Source: Nitrospirales bacterium (lineage in GTDB: Bacteria; Nitrospirota; Nitrospiria; Nitrospirales; UBA8639). Taken from it: a stretch of 64,000 nt of DNA. This document shows positions 1-9,499 of the stretch, piece after piece. The stretch spans positions 3,936,001-4,000,000 of the forward strand of contig OY820905.2 of NCBI GenBank assembly GCA_963555755.3, read 5' to 3'. Under the pieces are notes generated by a model. It ran no database searches, had not been told where the DNA came from, and saw nothing but the letters and a program-made list of their open reading frames with translations. Positions within the stretch are counted from its first letter, which is position 1, and each line of letters begins with the position of its first letter. The position numbers were made by a program, and so were the translations under genes.

Positions 1-356
1 TGGCTGGTGAGGTCAAAACGTTTTTTGACAATTGGCAATTCAAGTTTGGCGTGTGGCCGGAATTCAAAATGCGGAATAAAGTAGGCGCGGCGTTTGCCAC
101 CGGGGGCCAGGTGTCGGGTGGCAAGGAAGTCACCATGCTGACGATTCTGGCGGCGATGCTGGGCAATAAAATGATTATCGTGAGTGGTGGTGGAGTGTTT
201 GGGGCGTCTGCGACGACGGAAGGAGACAGCCCAGGGATTAACGAGCAAGAACTAGCCGATGCGCGCGCGTTAGGAAAGCATGTTGCGGAAGTAGCCTGGA
301 TGGTGAAACGAGGAAACGTGAACCGGGAAATCGAAGAGATCGAGGTCGCGAAGTAG
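1..356 (+). CDS. WrbA-like flavodoxin / NAD(P)H-dependent oxidoreductase, 5'-truncated by window
   Basis: Open frame from window start: ...GEVKTFFDNW...KVGAAFATGG..SGGKE.T...ARALG, typical WrbA/FMN-reductase C-terminal half. Confidence 0.72.
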   Translation, partial: AGEVKTFFDNWQFKFGVWPEFKMRNKVGAAFATGGQVSGGKEVTMLTILAAMLGNKMIIVSGGGVFGASATTEGDSPGINEQELADARALGKHVAEVAWMVKRGNVNREIEEIEVAK

Positions 357-410
357 TTTGATAAAGAGTTCTTGTAAAAGTGTTGAAGGCATTGAAGATC
401 CCTCTTCTTT

Positions 411-446
411 CCCTCGCCCCTTTGGGGAGAGGGTAGGGTGAGGGGG
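411..446. repeat. REP-like C/G-rich palindrome (CCCTCGCCCC TTT GGGGAGAGGG + tail)
   Basis: Hairpin followed by tagggtgagggg; same architecture as the repeats at 6999-7126, 19454-19574, 22672-23293 and 28158-28277. Confidence 0.6.
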
Positions 447-467
447 TCTTGGAGAAAACATTTGCCT

Positions 468-1166
468 ATGATCGAAGCACCGGACATCAGTGATTTTCAG
501 TGGCCAATTTATTGGGAACGTGAGTATACAACGGCGATTGCTCCGGAACGCCTGAAACTCGAGATGAATTCGCATCGTCCCTCTCTCACCAATATGCCTT
601 TAACCGAGCAACGGGAATTGGCCGCCAGTGGGTACAAGGTGCTCCCCGATGATTGCGGCCCCGTGCGGATGGTGAGTCAATATGGCTGGTTGGTGCGTTG
701 TCCGGTTGATTGTAAATTGCGTCGCACCAAAGATGGATTCAAATGGCAAGCTCCGGAAATCAAACCAGAAGAGCGATTGTTGGGGTACAAATCATTTTCG
801 GGGATGTATGTCGATACGATTCTCAATAGTGGGTATGCCAAACTGTGCTGCGGGATTCGGTTTTATTACCCCAAACAAATTGGCATCATGCTGAAAGATA
901 TTCCCAATCATTTTTATCATTACCCCGAGCGCACGTTTTCGGTTTGGGAAGGAATTAAATCACAAGAATATAAGCTCACCCCCAATCTTTATGACTTTCT
1001 GCCAGACTATGATGCGTTTGTCGCCAATGTGTTGCTACAATTGAATAAGCCCACGACCCTCAAACGGGGTGATCCCATCGCTCTTGTCGTGCCGGTCCTT
1101 CTCCCCAAACAATTTCGCTTGGAGGAACTGACTCCCGATCGGAAGCAGTCCGAACCTCCGCGTTAA
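468..1166 (+). CDS. Hypothetical protein, weak resemblance to DUF6065/dUTPase-like beta proteins
   Basis: 232-aa ORF from ATG 468 (GGAGA upstream); C-G-P..SQYGW.V.CP and K.GDPIA.VVP motifs. Confidence 0.55.
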   Translation: MIEAPDISDFQWPIYWEREYTTAIAPERLKLEMNSHRPSLTNMPLTEQRELAASGYKVLPDDCGPVRMVSQYGWLVRCPVDCKLRRTKDGFKWQAPEIKPEERLLGYKSFSGMYVDTILNSGYAKLCCGIRFYYPKQIGIMLKDIPNHFYHYPERTFSVWEGIKSQEYKLTPNLYDFLPDYDAFVANVLLQLNKPTTLKRGDPIALVVPVLLPKQFRLEELTPDRKQSEPPR

Positions 1167-1167
1167 T

Positions 1168-1441
1168 GGGAATGTTGAAAAAAGCCGCCAGCCTTCGCCA
1201 AGGCTACGGCAGACAAGCCAGCGGTTCCATGCCTGCCGAAGCGGCTTCGCGCAGGCAGGTCGCCATTTTGCCGTGCTCAGGTACTATGAGTACGCTCCGC
1301 GCGTCAAAATGGCTACGGCCTTGCTGGATGGACCCTTCGGAAAGACTCAGGGCATGCTTTTTTGAACATTCCCTCCCACTGAGGATGCTTAACTCATCTG
1401 GAGCCTTTATTGGCTATTGACGTGAAAAATTCAACAGTCTC
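1168..1441. mobile_element. MITE family R1 (IS1182/IS5-like ends GGGAATGTTGAAAAA...TTCAACAG), with extra hairpin inserts
   Basis: 5-bp TSD TTAAT at 1163-1167 and 1442-1446; homologous to 24854-25121, 33055-33176 and 54852-55041. Confidence 0.8.
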
Positions 1442-1485
1442 TTAATTTCCCCTTTCTCTTCGTTCCTGATCGATCGAGTCTCATC

Positions 1486-2478
1486 ATGCCCCTTCCGACT
1501 TTTCAGGATGTGCAACGTGCTGCGGCGCTCTTAACAGGCATTGCCCATAACACGCCTATTCACACCTCCCGACAGCTCAATGAAATTTCGCAAGCCACCG
1601 TCTTCTTGAAGTGCGAAAACTTTCAGCGAGTCGGGGCGTTTAAGTTTCGAGGCGCGTATAACGCCGTGGCTAATCTCCAATTAGACAAGCCGGTGATAGC
1701 CCTGTCTTCCGGGAATCATGCACAAGGCATTGCGCTCGCCTCTCAGTTGTTAGGAAAAGACGCGCATATCGTGATGCCGGAACCCATCAATCCTGTGAAG
1801 CGCGCAGCAGTTCAAGGATATGGTGGAATCGTACATATTCCTGGCAATCCTCAAGAGGCGGAATCGTTCTCCCAAGATCTTGCGCGAGAAGTGCAGGGTG
1901 AATGGATCGAAGCCTTTAACGATCCTCATGTGATCGCGGGGCAAGGAACAGCCGCGTTGGAATTGCTTGAACAAGTCGAAGATCTGGATGTCTTGCTTGG
2001 CCCTATAGGCGGCGGCGGGTTGTTATCTGGAACCTGCTTAGCTGCACATGGTGTCAATTCCAAAATTCAAGTCTACGCATGTGAGCCGGCAGGGGCTTTG
2101 GATGCCATGTATTCCGTGAAAGAAAATCGAATCGTGTCTCAAGATAATCCGCAGACCATCGCCGAGGGTTTGCGAACGAGTGTGGGGACCCTTACGCTTC
2201 CCATTCTACGCGAACACCTGGCAGGATTTTTTGTGGTAGAGGAGCAGGAAATCGTGAAGGCCATGCGTTTCATCTACGAACGCATGAAGCTCATCATCGA
2301 ACCAGCCAGTGCGGTGGCGATTGCACCGCTTCTTCGGCAAGAACCGGACTTGCAAAACAAGCGTGTGGGCGTGATTATTTCTGGAGGCAATGTGGATTTG
2401 TCCCGGTATTTTGATTGGTTCAATAGGCGAGGAAAAGGGAAATCTGGTGCGAACATCCAATCATCGAAGAACGTTTGA
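1486..2478 (+). CDS. PLP-dependent threonine/serine dehydratase (serine racemase-like)
   Basis: FLKCENFQRVGAFKFRGA, SSGNHAQG, GGGGL and SGGNVD motifs. Confidence 0.92.
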   Translation: MPLPTFQDVQRAAALLTGIAHNTPIHTSRQLNEISQATVFLKCENFQRVGAFKFRGAYNAVANLQLDKPVIALSSGNHAQGIALASQLLGKDAHIVMPEPINPVKRAAVQGYGGIVHIPGNPQEAESFSQDLAREVQGEWIEAFNDPHVIAGQGTAALELLEQVEDLDVLLGPIGGGGLLSGTCLAAHGVNSKIQVYACEPAGALDAMYSVKENRIVSQDNPQTIAEGLRTSVGTLTLPILREHLAGFFVVEEQEIVKAMRFIYERMKLIIEPASAVAIAPLLRQEPDLQNKRVGVIISGGNVDLSRYFDWFNRRGKGKSGANIQSSKNV

Positions 2479-3283
2479 GAAAGCCTTGGGCGACCGTGAA
2501 AAAGCTGCAAAGAAAAGTGCCCAAGCGGCAGTAAAAACATTTGATAAGAAATGGCGCCAGTTGCAAGCCCTCTGCCCGGATCCAGATAGCCAGCATCGAT
2601 TGACGTGGTTGCAACAACAATTTTCAAAAAAGCAGCGCGGGGCTATGGAAGCAGCCCAGGCGGAAATCGATACGGCCACACTGCTGATACAAGCTGGTTT
2701 TGGGCTTTCGTTTGTGAAAGAGACTCAATTAAGAACAGCAGATTTAGAGTGTTACTTTGAACATGACCGACTGTTTGTCGAAGTCACGGTGATTGTGCCA
2801 ACGGAGCCTGACCGGTCAAAAGATGGCGTGCCACATCATGGGGCAAAGGCAGAAGAAGAGAGTTCGGATTTTTTTAAAGATGCTTTAGTGAAACGCATGC
2901 TTGCTCGGATCAACGAGAAATCAGTACAGCTTGTCGATTATTGCGCCCCGGTGCTCTTGGCCTTAACCATCGTTCATCAAGAGCAAACCCCCTTGCCCAA
3001 TGGAAAAATGAACAGTCGAAAAATGGCGCTGGATCTTCAACAGTTGGGAGGAGTCATCACCGCGGCGTTGGGGAGCGTTCCACAACTCAGCGGCGTGTTG
3101 TTCACACTGTGGAATATTCAACCAGCGGAGTCACGATCGAATATTCGGTTAAGCAATGTCTCGGTTGGGGAATGGGTCTCGGAGCCAAAAGGATTTTCCC
3201 AGGTCCGTTGTTTCGCTGTAAACCCAACAGCCAGCTATCCAATAGAACCCGATGCATGTATCGCCCTAAAGCGGGCGTTATAA
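2447..3283 (+). CDS. Hypothetical protein
   Basis: Long ORF with a probable GTG start at 2447 after a purine-rich RBS; overlaps the dehydratase stop; ADL...FVEV pattern weakly resembles PD-(D/E)XK folds. Confidence 0.6.
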   Translation: MRTSNHRRTFEKALGDREKAAKKSAQAAVKTFDKKWRQLQALCPDPDSQHRLTWLQQQFSKKQRGAMEAAQAEIDTATLLIQAGFGLSFVKETQLRTADLECYFEHDRLFVEVTVIVPTEPDRSKDGVPHHGAKAEEESSDFFKDALVKRMLARINEKSVQLVDYCAPVLLALTIVHQEQTPLPNGKMNSRKMALDLQQLGGVITAALGSVPQLSGVLFTLWNIQPAESRSNIRLSNVSVGEWVSEPKGFSQVRCFAVNPTASYPIEPDACIALKRAL

Positions 3284-3401
3284 AGCCGATAGCGATAAAA
3301 AGTTTCCTGTGCTACTGTCCCTTTCATTTTGAGGGCCGCGAGTCTAACCGAACATCATCTCTCCGAATTTCTTCTTGTTAGCAATTGGTAAGAAATCGGT
3401 A

Positions 3402-4763
3402 ATGGGAACATTAGAAAGCTTTCTCAACACGTTAAGCGGAATTATTTGGGGCCCTGTTATGCTCACCCTTCTTGTGGGGGTGGGCATTTACCTGACGATT
3501 GGGCTTAGAGCGATCCCATGGCGACGGGTAGGCTATAGCTTTTGCTTGCTCTGGCAGGGACGGTCCTCGAAGACGCAAGAGCCAGGTGAGATTTCACCAT
3601 TTCAAGCTCTCATGACTGCCTTGGCCGCGACCGTTGGCAGTGGAAACATCGCTGGCGTGGCGACAGCTATTTTTCTGGGTGGTCCTGGTGCGGTGTTTTG
3701 GATGTGGGTGACGGCTCTCTTTGGCATGGCGACGAAATATGCCGAGGCAGTGTTGGCTGTACACTATCGGGAAGTGGATGAATTGGGTCATCACGTGGGT
3801 GGCCCGATGTATTACATCCAAAACGGATTAGGCTCAAACTGGCGATGGCTGGCGGTGTCGTTCAGCCTCTTTGGAATGCTGGCAGCATTTGGGGCTGGGA
3901 ATACCGTTCAATCCAATACCGTCGCCAGTGCGGTGGAGGCCTCCTTCAATATCCCACCCTGGATTTCTGGACTGGTGATGGCAGCCTTAACAGGAATAGT
4001 CCTCATTGGTGGCATTCGACGGCTGGGGTCTGTTGCCGCCCGCTTGGTACCTTTTATGGCGGTGACCTACATTGTCGGAGCCTTGATGATTATCTTGGCA
4101 AATGTCGATCAAGTTCCCTCAGCGTTGATGACCATCATTTCGCATGCCTGGACGGGGAGCGCCGCTGTGGGAGGATTCGCGGGTGCCAGTGTCATGATGG
4201 CAATCCAATTTGGCGTGGCGCGAGGGCTCTTCTCCAATGAAGCAGGGCTGGGCAGTGCTCCCATTGCTCATGCCGCGGCCAAAACCAATGATCCTGTGCG
4301 CCAGGGCATGATCGCCATGTTAGGCACGTTTATCGATACTATTGTCGTATGCAGCATGACCGCACTCGTGATTATTGTGACCGGTGTTTGGACCAGCGGA
4401 AGCACAGGAGCCGTCCTCACAACACAAGCGTTTGATACCGGGTTTTCCCAGGTGGGTGGAGTGGTGGTCACTATAGCACTGATGCTGTTTGCTTTTACAT
4501 CGCTATTGGGCTGGAGTTACTACGGCGAACGGTGCACCGAATATTTATTTGGCGTTCGAGTGATCAAAGTCTACCGTGTGTTGTGGATCATCGCGATTCC
4601 TATTGGAGCCGTGGGAAAGTTGGAACTCGTCTGGCTCATCGCCGATATTTTAAATGGACTCATGGCCATCCCTAATTTAATTGCATTGGTGGCATTAAGC
4701 CCACTGATTTTTCGGCTGACGCGGGAACATTTTGTTTCTTTTGGAAAAGGTAAAACTGGATGA
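3402..4763 (+). CDS. Sodium:alanine/glycine symporter (AGCS family, AlsT-like)
   Basis: ATVGSGNIAGVATAI..GGPGA.FWMW, GGPMYYI and RGLFSNEAGLGSAPIAHA motifs; multiple TM helices. Confidence 0.94.
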   Translation: MGTLESFLNTLSGIIWGPVMLTLLVGVGIYLTIGLRAIPWRRVGYSFCLLWQGRSSKTQEPGEISPFQALMTALAATVGSGNIAGVATAIFLGGPGAVFWMWVTALFGMATKYAEAVLAVHYREVDELGHHVGGPMYYIQNGLGSNWRWLAVSFSLFGMLAAFGAGNTVQSNTVASAVEASFNIPPWISGLVMAALTGIVLIGGIRRLGSVAARLVPFMAVTYIVGALMIILANVDQVPSALMTIISHAWTGSAAVGGFAGASVMMAIQFGVARGLFSNEAGLGSAPIAHAAAKTNDPVRQGMIAMLGTFIDTIVVCSMTALVIIVTGVWTSGSTGAVLTTQAFDTGFSQVGGVVVTIALMLFAFTSLLGWSYYGERCTEYLFGVRVIKVYRVLWIIAIPIGAVGKLELVWLIADILNGLMAIPNLIALVALSPLIFRLTREHFVSFGKGKTG

Positions 4764-4827
4764 TATTGTGTTGGGGTTTGAGGTGGGTTCCAAACGACTT
4801 TTCTTATAAGGAATTTTTTATTTAAAA

Positions 4828-4902
4828 GCCGGGTTTCGCCCCGGCACGACGAGGCCCTTTTGTTTTGGCAAAAGGACCTCGTCTGCAGTGGCGAAACCCG
4901 GC
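4828..4902. repeat. Short copy of structured repeat R8 (GCCGGGTTTCGCCCCGGC...CTTTTGTTTTGGCAAAAG)
   Basis: Matches the 5' part of 35045-35265 and 62928-63193; closed by gcgaaacccggc. Confidence 0.65.
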
Positions 4903-5037
4903 ATCTAATAATTCTCAAACAGACCCAGTTATCAAAACCTCACTTTATCTTTTCTATTTTTACGGGTGCGTATTTCCCCTTGCCCATCCGTCCCTTCTGT
5001 TATAACATTTGGAATAACATGAGGAGGGCTAGAATTT

Positions 5038-5265
5038 ATGCTGGATTTGAAGGTTAGGAAAGTTGGGAATTCGTTGGGGGTGGTGTTGCCTAAGGAAGTG
5101 TTGTCTCGGTTGAATTTGCATGATGGGGATCGGGTGTTTCTCACTGAAGCCCCAGATGGCAGTTACCGAATTACGCCGTATGATCCGGAGTTTAAATCCT
5201 ATGTAAAGGTGGCCAAAAAAGGCATGGCGAAATATCGGAATACTCTTCGGGCACTTGCTAAGTAA
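5038..5265 (+). CDS. AbrB/MazE-type antitoxin
   Basis: LKVRKVGNSLGVVLPKE swapped-hairpin motif, C-terminal YRNTLRALAK, upstream of doc. Confidence 0.88.
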   Translation: MLDLKVRKVGNSLGVVLPKEVLSRLNLHDGDRVFLTEAPDGSYRITPYDPEFKSYVKVAKKGMAKYRNTLRALAK

Positions 5266-5341
5266 GTTTTCCCCTCATCCCAAAGGGACGAGGGAGTAGG
5301 ATCGAATTGTAAATTGTAAAAGGTTAAAAGACTACAGGTTT

Positions 5342-5722
5342 ATGAAAGAGCCTGCTTGGGTTCCTAATGATTTTGTTCTCGCTTTGCATGAGGACTTACT
5401 GGTTGGATATGGCGGCGCTCCTGGTATTCGAGAGGACGCGCTTTTAGAATCTGCTCTGGCCCGTCCTCACCATCTGTTTGCCTATGATAAACCTGATTTG
5501 TTTGCTCTGGCGGCGTCCTACATCTCTGGTCTTGTTCGTAACCATCCTTTCATCGATGGGAATAAGCGAACAGCTTTTATGGTTGGCTATTCCTTTTTAA
5601 GCAGAAACGGAAAAGAGCTGAGTGCCCCAGAACCAGAAGCGACGGCGATCATTCTGGATTTAGCGAGCAGGAAGATTACAGAGGAGGATCTGGCTGTCTG
5701 GCTTCGGAAGAATTGCGAGTAG
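5342..5722 (+). CDS. doc: Death-on-curing (Doc/Fic) family toxin
   Basis: HPFIDGNKRTA Fic/Doc motif and LLESALARP. Confidence 0.9.
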   Translation: MKEPAWVPNDFVLALHEDLLVGYGGAPGIREDALLESALARPHHLFAYDKPDLFALAASYISGLVRNHPFIDGNKRTAFMVGYSFLSRNGKELSAPEPEATAIILDLASRKITEEDLAVWLRKNCE

Positions 5723-5850
5723 GGATTTTCTAGAGAGCCGATTTGGTAACCCCGGCAAAGGCCATTCCTTGTTGAGTTAATTGTTTTTCCATTCGTCACT
5801 TCATGGGAGTGATGCTATAATTATTTGCCAGTGAGGAAGCAAGTTCCCTA

Positions 5851-6063
5851 ATGGAAAAACCAAAATTAATCATGGCAAAATTGGGTCGGATCGATGAGAT
5901 GAACCGGGATTTCGATTTGGAATTCTGGCAGCGTCAATCACCGGCGGCTCGAATGGCCGCTGTGTGGGACATGACAGTCTTTCACCATAAATTAAAACGT
6001 CGCAACCCCAATGAACTCAGACTTGATCGAACTGTTGGGCATCTTTGCCCGCGAGAAGGTTAA
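5851..6063 (+). CDS. Small hypothetical protein partnered with a nucleotidyltransferase
   Basis: 70 aa, RBS GAGGA; DLEFWQRQSPAARMAA.W..; overlaps the next gene. Confidence 0.6.
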   Translation: MEKPKLIMAKLGRIDEMNRDFDLEFWQRQSPAARMAAVWDMTVFHHKLKRRNPNELRLDRTVGHLCPREG

Positions 6064-6532
6064 ATATCTCATTATCGATGGGTATGCGGTGTCGTTTCAT
6101 GCCGAGCCCCGATACACCAAAGACATTGACTTGTTCATTGCCACCGATGGTGAAAATGCACAGGCAGTTTATCAGGCTCTGGCTGAGTTTGGAGCGCCGC
6201 TCGAAGATGTGACGCCTGAAGATTTTGGGAATACGGAATACTACTATATGATTGGTGTTGCCCCCAATCGCATTGATATCATGATGGGGATTCCCGGTTT
6301 GGAATTTCCTCCTGCTTGGGAAAACCGAGTGGAAGCCGAGATTGACGGGGTCACGATTTATTATATTTCCCGCGATGATCTTCTGACGGCGAAGCGGGCA
6401 TCTGGTCGGGATCAAGATCTGTTGGATGTCAAAGCGCTTGAAGAAGCCAAAAGGCTTTCACCTGGGCAGGAGTCATCAAGCCAGCTGCCACCAGGGCCAT
6501 TGCCTGATAGGTCAAGTGACTATGATCAATAA
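6011..6532 (+). CDS. Minimal nucleotidyltransferase-fold protein (DUF6036/AbiEii-like)
   Basis: YLIIDGYAV..H..PRYTKDIDL and K..SGR.QD..D motifs. Confidence 0.78.
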   Translation: MNSDLIELLGIFAREKVKYLIIDGYAVSFHAEPRYTKDIDLFIATDGENAQAVYQALAEFGAPLEDVTPEDFGNTEYYYMIGVAPNRIDIMMGIPGLEFPPAWENRVEAEIDGVTIYYISRDDLLTAKRASGRDQDLLDVKALEEAKRLSPGQESSSQLPPGPLPDRSSDYDQ

Positions 6533-6557
6533 GCCAATCTTTATTCCCTATTTGGTT

Positions 6558-6872
6558 TTAACTGAGCGAATCTCTTAACTCTTCTAAATTTTTGATCACC
6601 ATTAGGTCGCCGTTGGTGGTGGCGATTTCGATGCCTTGGGCGCAGACTTCTCGGCATTTGTCTGGTTGGTTATTGTTTTTGAGGGATTGGGCTAAGGCAA
6701 AAATGGCTGCGGAGTAGGTGGGTTTCACTTTGATGCAGCTTTCTAATGCTGGGATGGCTTCTTCCCAATTTTCGTCTCCCATGTAAGCCTTTCCCAGACC
6801 AAACCAGAGGGTCTCGTCATTGGGATCCATTTTTAGTACTTTTTTGAATTTCTCTATTTTGGGGTCGGGCAT
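6558..6872 (-). CDS. Small TPR-repeat protein
   Basis: ATG at 6872 with GGAGA RBS; DPNDETLWFGLGKAY...PTYSAA.FALA TPR pattern. Confidence 0.75.
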   Translation of the reverse strand: MPDPKIEKFKKVLKMDPNDETLWFGLGKAYMGDENWEEAIPALESCIKVKPTYSAAIFALAQSLKNNNQPDKCREVCAQGIEIATTNGDLMVIKNLEELRDSLS

Positions 6873-6998
6873 AATATTTTCTCCAAAAATTTTGGGTGTA
6901 CATCTTTCTTTGTTGAACGAATTTAGCACTGACCTCTTCGCGTTGTCTAACCTCATACCCTGTGCTACCATCCTTTTCTTATTTTTTCTTCTCAATTT

Positions 6999-7126
6999 AC
7001 CCCTCCTTTGTAAGGAGGGGCGTAGGGGAGGTAGAGTCTTAGGAATTGGAGCATCGCTCCCTACATTGAGGAATCTAGCTGTTCGGGTTTTCTACCCCTC
7101 CTAGCCTCCCCTTACAAATGTGAGGG
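6999..7126. repeat. Pair of inverted REP-like palindromes
   Basis: cccctcctttgtaaggaggggcgtaggggaggtaga and the inverted ctacccctcctagcctccccttacaa. Confidence 0.6.
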
Positions 7127-7196
7127 ATCCGATGTGCATTCTATCCTCCAAGGAAAAGCATTTTTGAGGAAATCCCCTATTCAAAAAGGTTGATGT

Positions 7197-8141
7197 ATGG
7201 GCCGTGTTGGCATCGTTACGCATCCTGCGTTTTTGGAACATGATATGGGTCGGCAACATCCGGAGTCGCCGGAGCGGTTGCGGGCGATATTGGCTCGGCT
7301 TGAATCGTCCGGGACAATGTCGAAGTTGACACGGATTGAGCCACGAAAAGCTGCGAACGAGTGGATTACCCGTATTCATGATCCTGCCTATGTGCAGCGG
7401 CTGGAAGAGAACGCTCCGAATGCGGGTTATGCTTCTCTTGATCCAGACACGTCCATGTCGCCTGGTTCATTGCCGGCTGCCTATTTAGCTGCTGGTGGGG
7501 CGATGGCAGCTGTTGATGCGATCATGGATAACCAAGTGGATCAGGTGTTTTGTGCGGTTCGTCCTCCTGGCCATCATGCCGAAGCCAATCGAGCCATGGG
7601 CTTTTGTTTGTTGAACAATGTGGCGATTGCGGCTCGGTATATTCAAGAGCGTCATGGCCTCAAGCGCGTATTGATTGTGGACTGGGATGTGCACCATGGT
7701 AATGGCACCCAGCATGTGTTTGAAGATGATCCGTCTGTTCTCTTTTTTAGCACGCACCAATATCCGTATTATCCTGGTACGGGGTCCGACAAGGAACGAG
7801 GCCGAGGTGAGGGCGAAGGTGCAACGATCAATGTGCCCATGTCTGGTGGGCAGGGGACAGACGACTTTCGAGAGATTTTCCAAAAAGTGTTACTCCCGGC
7901 GGCAGATGCATTTAAACCAGAGTTCGTCTTGATCTCCGCGGGCTTCGATGCCCATGAGGATGATCCCTTGGCGAGCATGAGCATTACCGATGAAGGCTAT
8001 GGCGAACTGACTCGCCTGGTTGTGGGCATTGCCAATACCCATTGTCATGGGCGGATCGTGGCGTGTTTGGAAGGGGGCTATGACCTTCGGGCGTTGTCGG
8101 CTTCCGTGGATCAACATCTTATGGCTTTGATGGACGCATAA
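7197..8141 (+). CDS. Histone deacetylase-family (class II-like) amidohydrolase
   Basis: HPESPERL, RPPGHHA, GFC, DWDVHHGNGTQ, SAGFDAH and LEGGY motifs. Confidence 0.94.
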   Translation: MGRVGIVTHPAFLEHDMGRQHPESPERLRAILARLESSGTMSKLTRIEPRKAANEWITRIHDPAYVQRLEENAPNAGYASLDPDTSMSPGSLPAAYLAAGGAMAAVDAIMDNQVDQVFCAVRPPGHHAEANRAMGFCLLNNVAIAARYIQERHGLKRVLIVDWDVHHGNGTQHVFEDDPSVLFFSTHQYPYYPGTGSDKERGRGEGEGATINVPMSGGQGTDDFREIFQKVLLPAADAFKPEFVLISAGFDAHEDDPLASMSITDEGYGELTRLVVGIANTHCHGRIVACLEGGYDLRALSASVDQHLMALMDA

Positions 8142-8144
8142 CCC

Positions 8145-9473
8145 ATGTTCAGACGGCGACGAAGAAGACACCGAAGAGGTAAAAGAAATTGGCTTGTTCT
8201 TTTGGGCTTTCTGTTTGTTGCCCCTGTGGTGGTCTATTTTTTTTATACGGAAATTCGACCGACCGTTATTTTTGGCCTCCGCGATGATTATGCTCATGCC
8301 ATTCCTTTCCAAGAAGTGCCCGTTGGGTTAGAGAGCCTCAAAGCGGAAGAATGTGGCCGGTGTCATCAAGACATCTACGAAGAGTGGAAGACCAGTATTC
8401 ATGCTCACGCGTATAAAGATCCTTTCTTTCAAGCCTATTGGAAAAGGGATGACAATGTGTGGGTCTGCCTGAACTGTCATACGCCGTTAGAGAACCAACA
8501 ACCCACGCTCATTCAAAGCATTCCGAATAATCGTGTGGAGAAGGCTATTCAAGTCAAAAACCCGAGGTATGATCATGCCTATCAGCAGGAAGGTGTGAGC
8601 TGTGCAGCCTGTCATGTACGCAATGGGGTGATTTTTGGACCCTTCGATGATTCGGTCGCGCCGCATCCCACGGAATATGACCCGGCTTTTCGGACCACGG
8701 CCATGTGTTATCGCTGTCACAACGTGGTTTCGGGGCCATTTCAGTTTTATAATGTCGGCCCCTGTGGGACCTATCCCGAATATGAAGGTGAGTTCTTCAT
8801 GAAGGAAAAAGGCCATATCTGCCAAACGTGCCATATGCCGGAGGTGTCGAGACCTGCGGCGAAAGGCGGCCCCATTCGACAAGGACGGAAACATCTATGG
8901 CGGGGTGGGCATGATCCCGAAATGATCAAACGGGCCGTGGCCATTCAAGTTCAGGCTAATCCGCCCAACCCTAAGCCCGGCGATACCGTGAATATGACTC
9001 TCACGTTGATCAATGCCGGCGCGGGTCATAAAATTCCAACTGGGGATCCGGATCGTCATTTTACCGTGGAATTTTATGTGAAAGACAAGGCCGGTACGGT
9101 GTTGGAAGAGCAAACGGAGACTATGGGCCGGTGGATTCTTTGGCAGCCTGTGATCGTGGAATTATACGACAACCGGTTGTTGCCGCTGGCCAGCCGGGAC
9201 TACCAATTTTCCTATCAAATCCCTCGAGGACGTGAAGACTTGGTTGTCGAGGCTCGAGTTCGCTATCATATCCTCACAGATGGTCAGCATGCCATGTTAC
9301 GGGATACCTATGGAATGCGATCCGATGAACCGTATCGCTTTCAGATTTATCAGCGCGAGTTCCCCTTAGGCGAGAAGCTGAGTGTGGCGCTGAATGATCA
9401 ACCCGTGGATCCACGGATTGGGTGCTCAAAGGATTCACAGGATCTCAGTTTACAACATGGCTCTTTAGGTTAA
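8145..9473 (+). CDS. Membrane-anchored pentaheme c-type cytochrome (c554/c552-like)
   Basis: Five CxxCH motifs (CGRCH, CLNCH, CAACH, CYRCH, CQTCH); Arg-rich N-terminus plus TM helix; AGHKIPTG motif. Confidence 0.88.
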   Translation: MFRRRRRRHRRGKRNWLVLLGFLFVAPVVVYFFYTEIRPTVIFGLRDDYAHAIPFQEVPVGLESLKAEECGRCHQDIYEEWKTSIHAHAYKDPFFQAYWKRDDNVWVCLNCHTPLENQQPTLIQSIPNNRVEKAIQVKNPRYDHAYQQEGVSCAACHVRNGVIFGPFDDSVAPHPTEYDPAFRTTAMCYRCHNVVSGPFQFYNVGPCGTYPEYEGEFFMKEKGHICQTCHMPEVSRPAAKGGPIRQGRKHLWRGGHDPEMIKRAVAIQVQANPPNPKPGDTVNMTLTLINAGAGHKIPTGDPDRHFTVEFYVKDKAGTVLEEQTETMGRWILWQPVIVELYDNRLLPLASRDYQFSYQIPRGREDLVVEARVRYHILTDGQHAMLRDTYGMRSDEPYRFQIYQREFPLGEKLSVALNDQPVDPRIGCSKDSQDLSLQHGSLG

Positions 9474-9499
9474 TTTAGCTGAGGAATAGGAACACATTT

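Noticed and set aside
1166..1420. ORFs of the MLKKAAS... type (also 24917, 33050, 54775)
   Set aside because: They are translations of MITE R1, not independent genes
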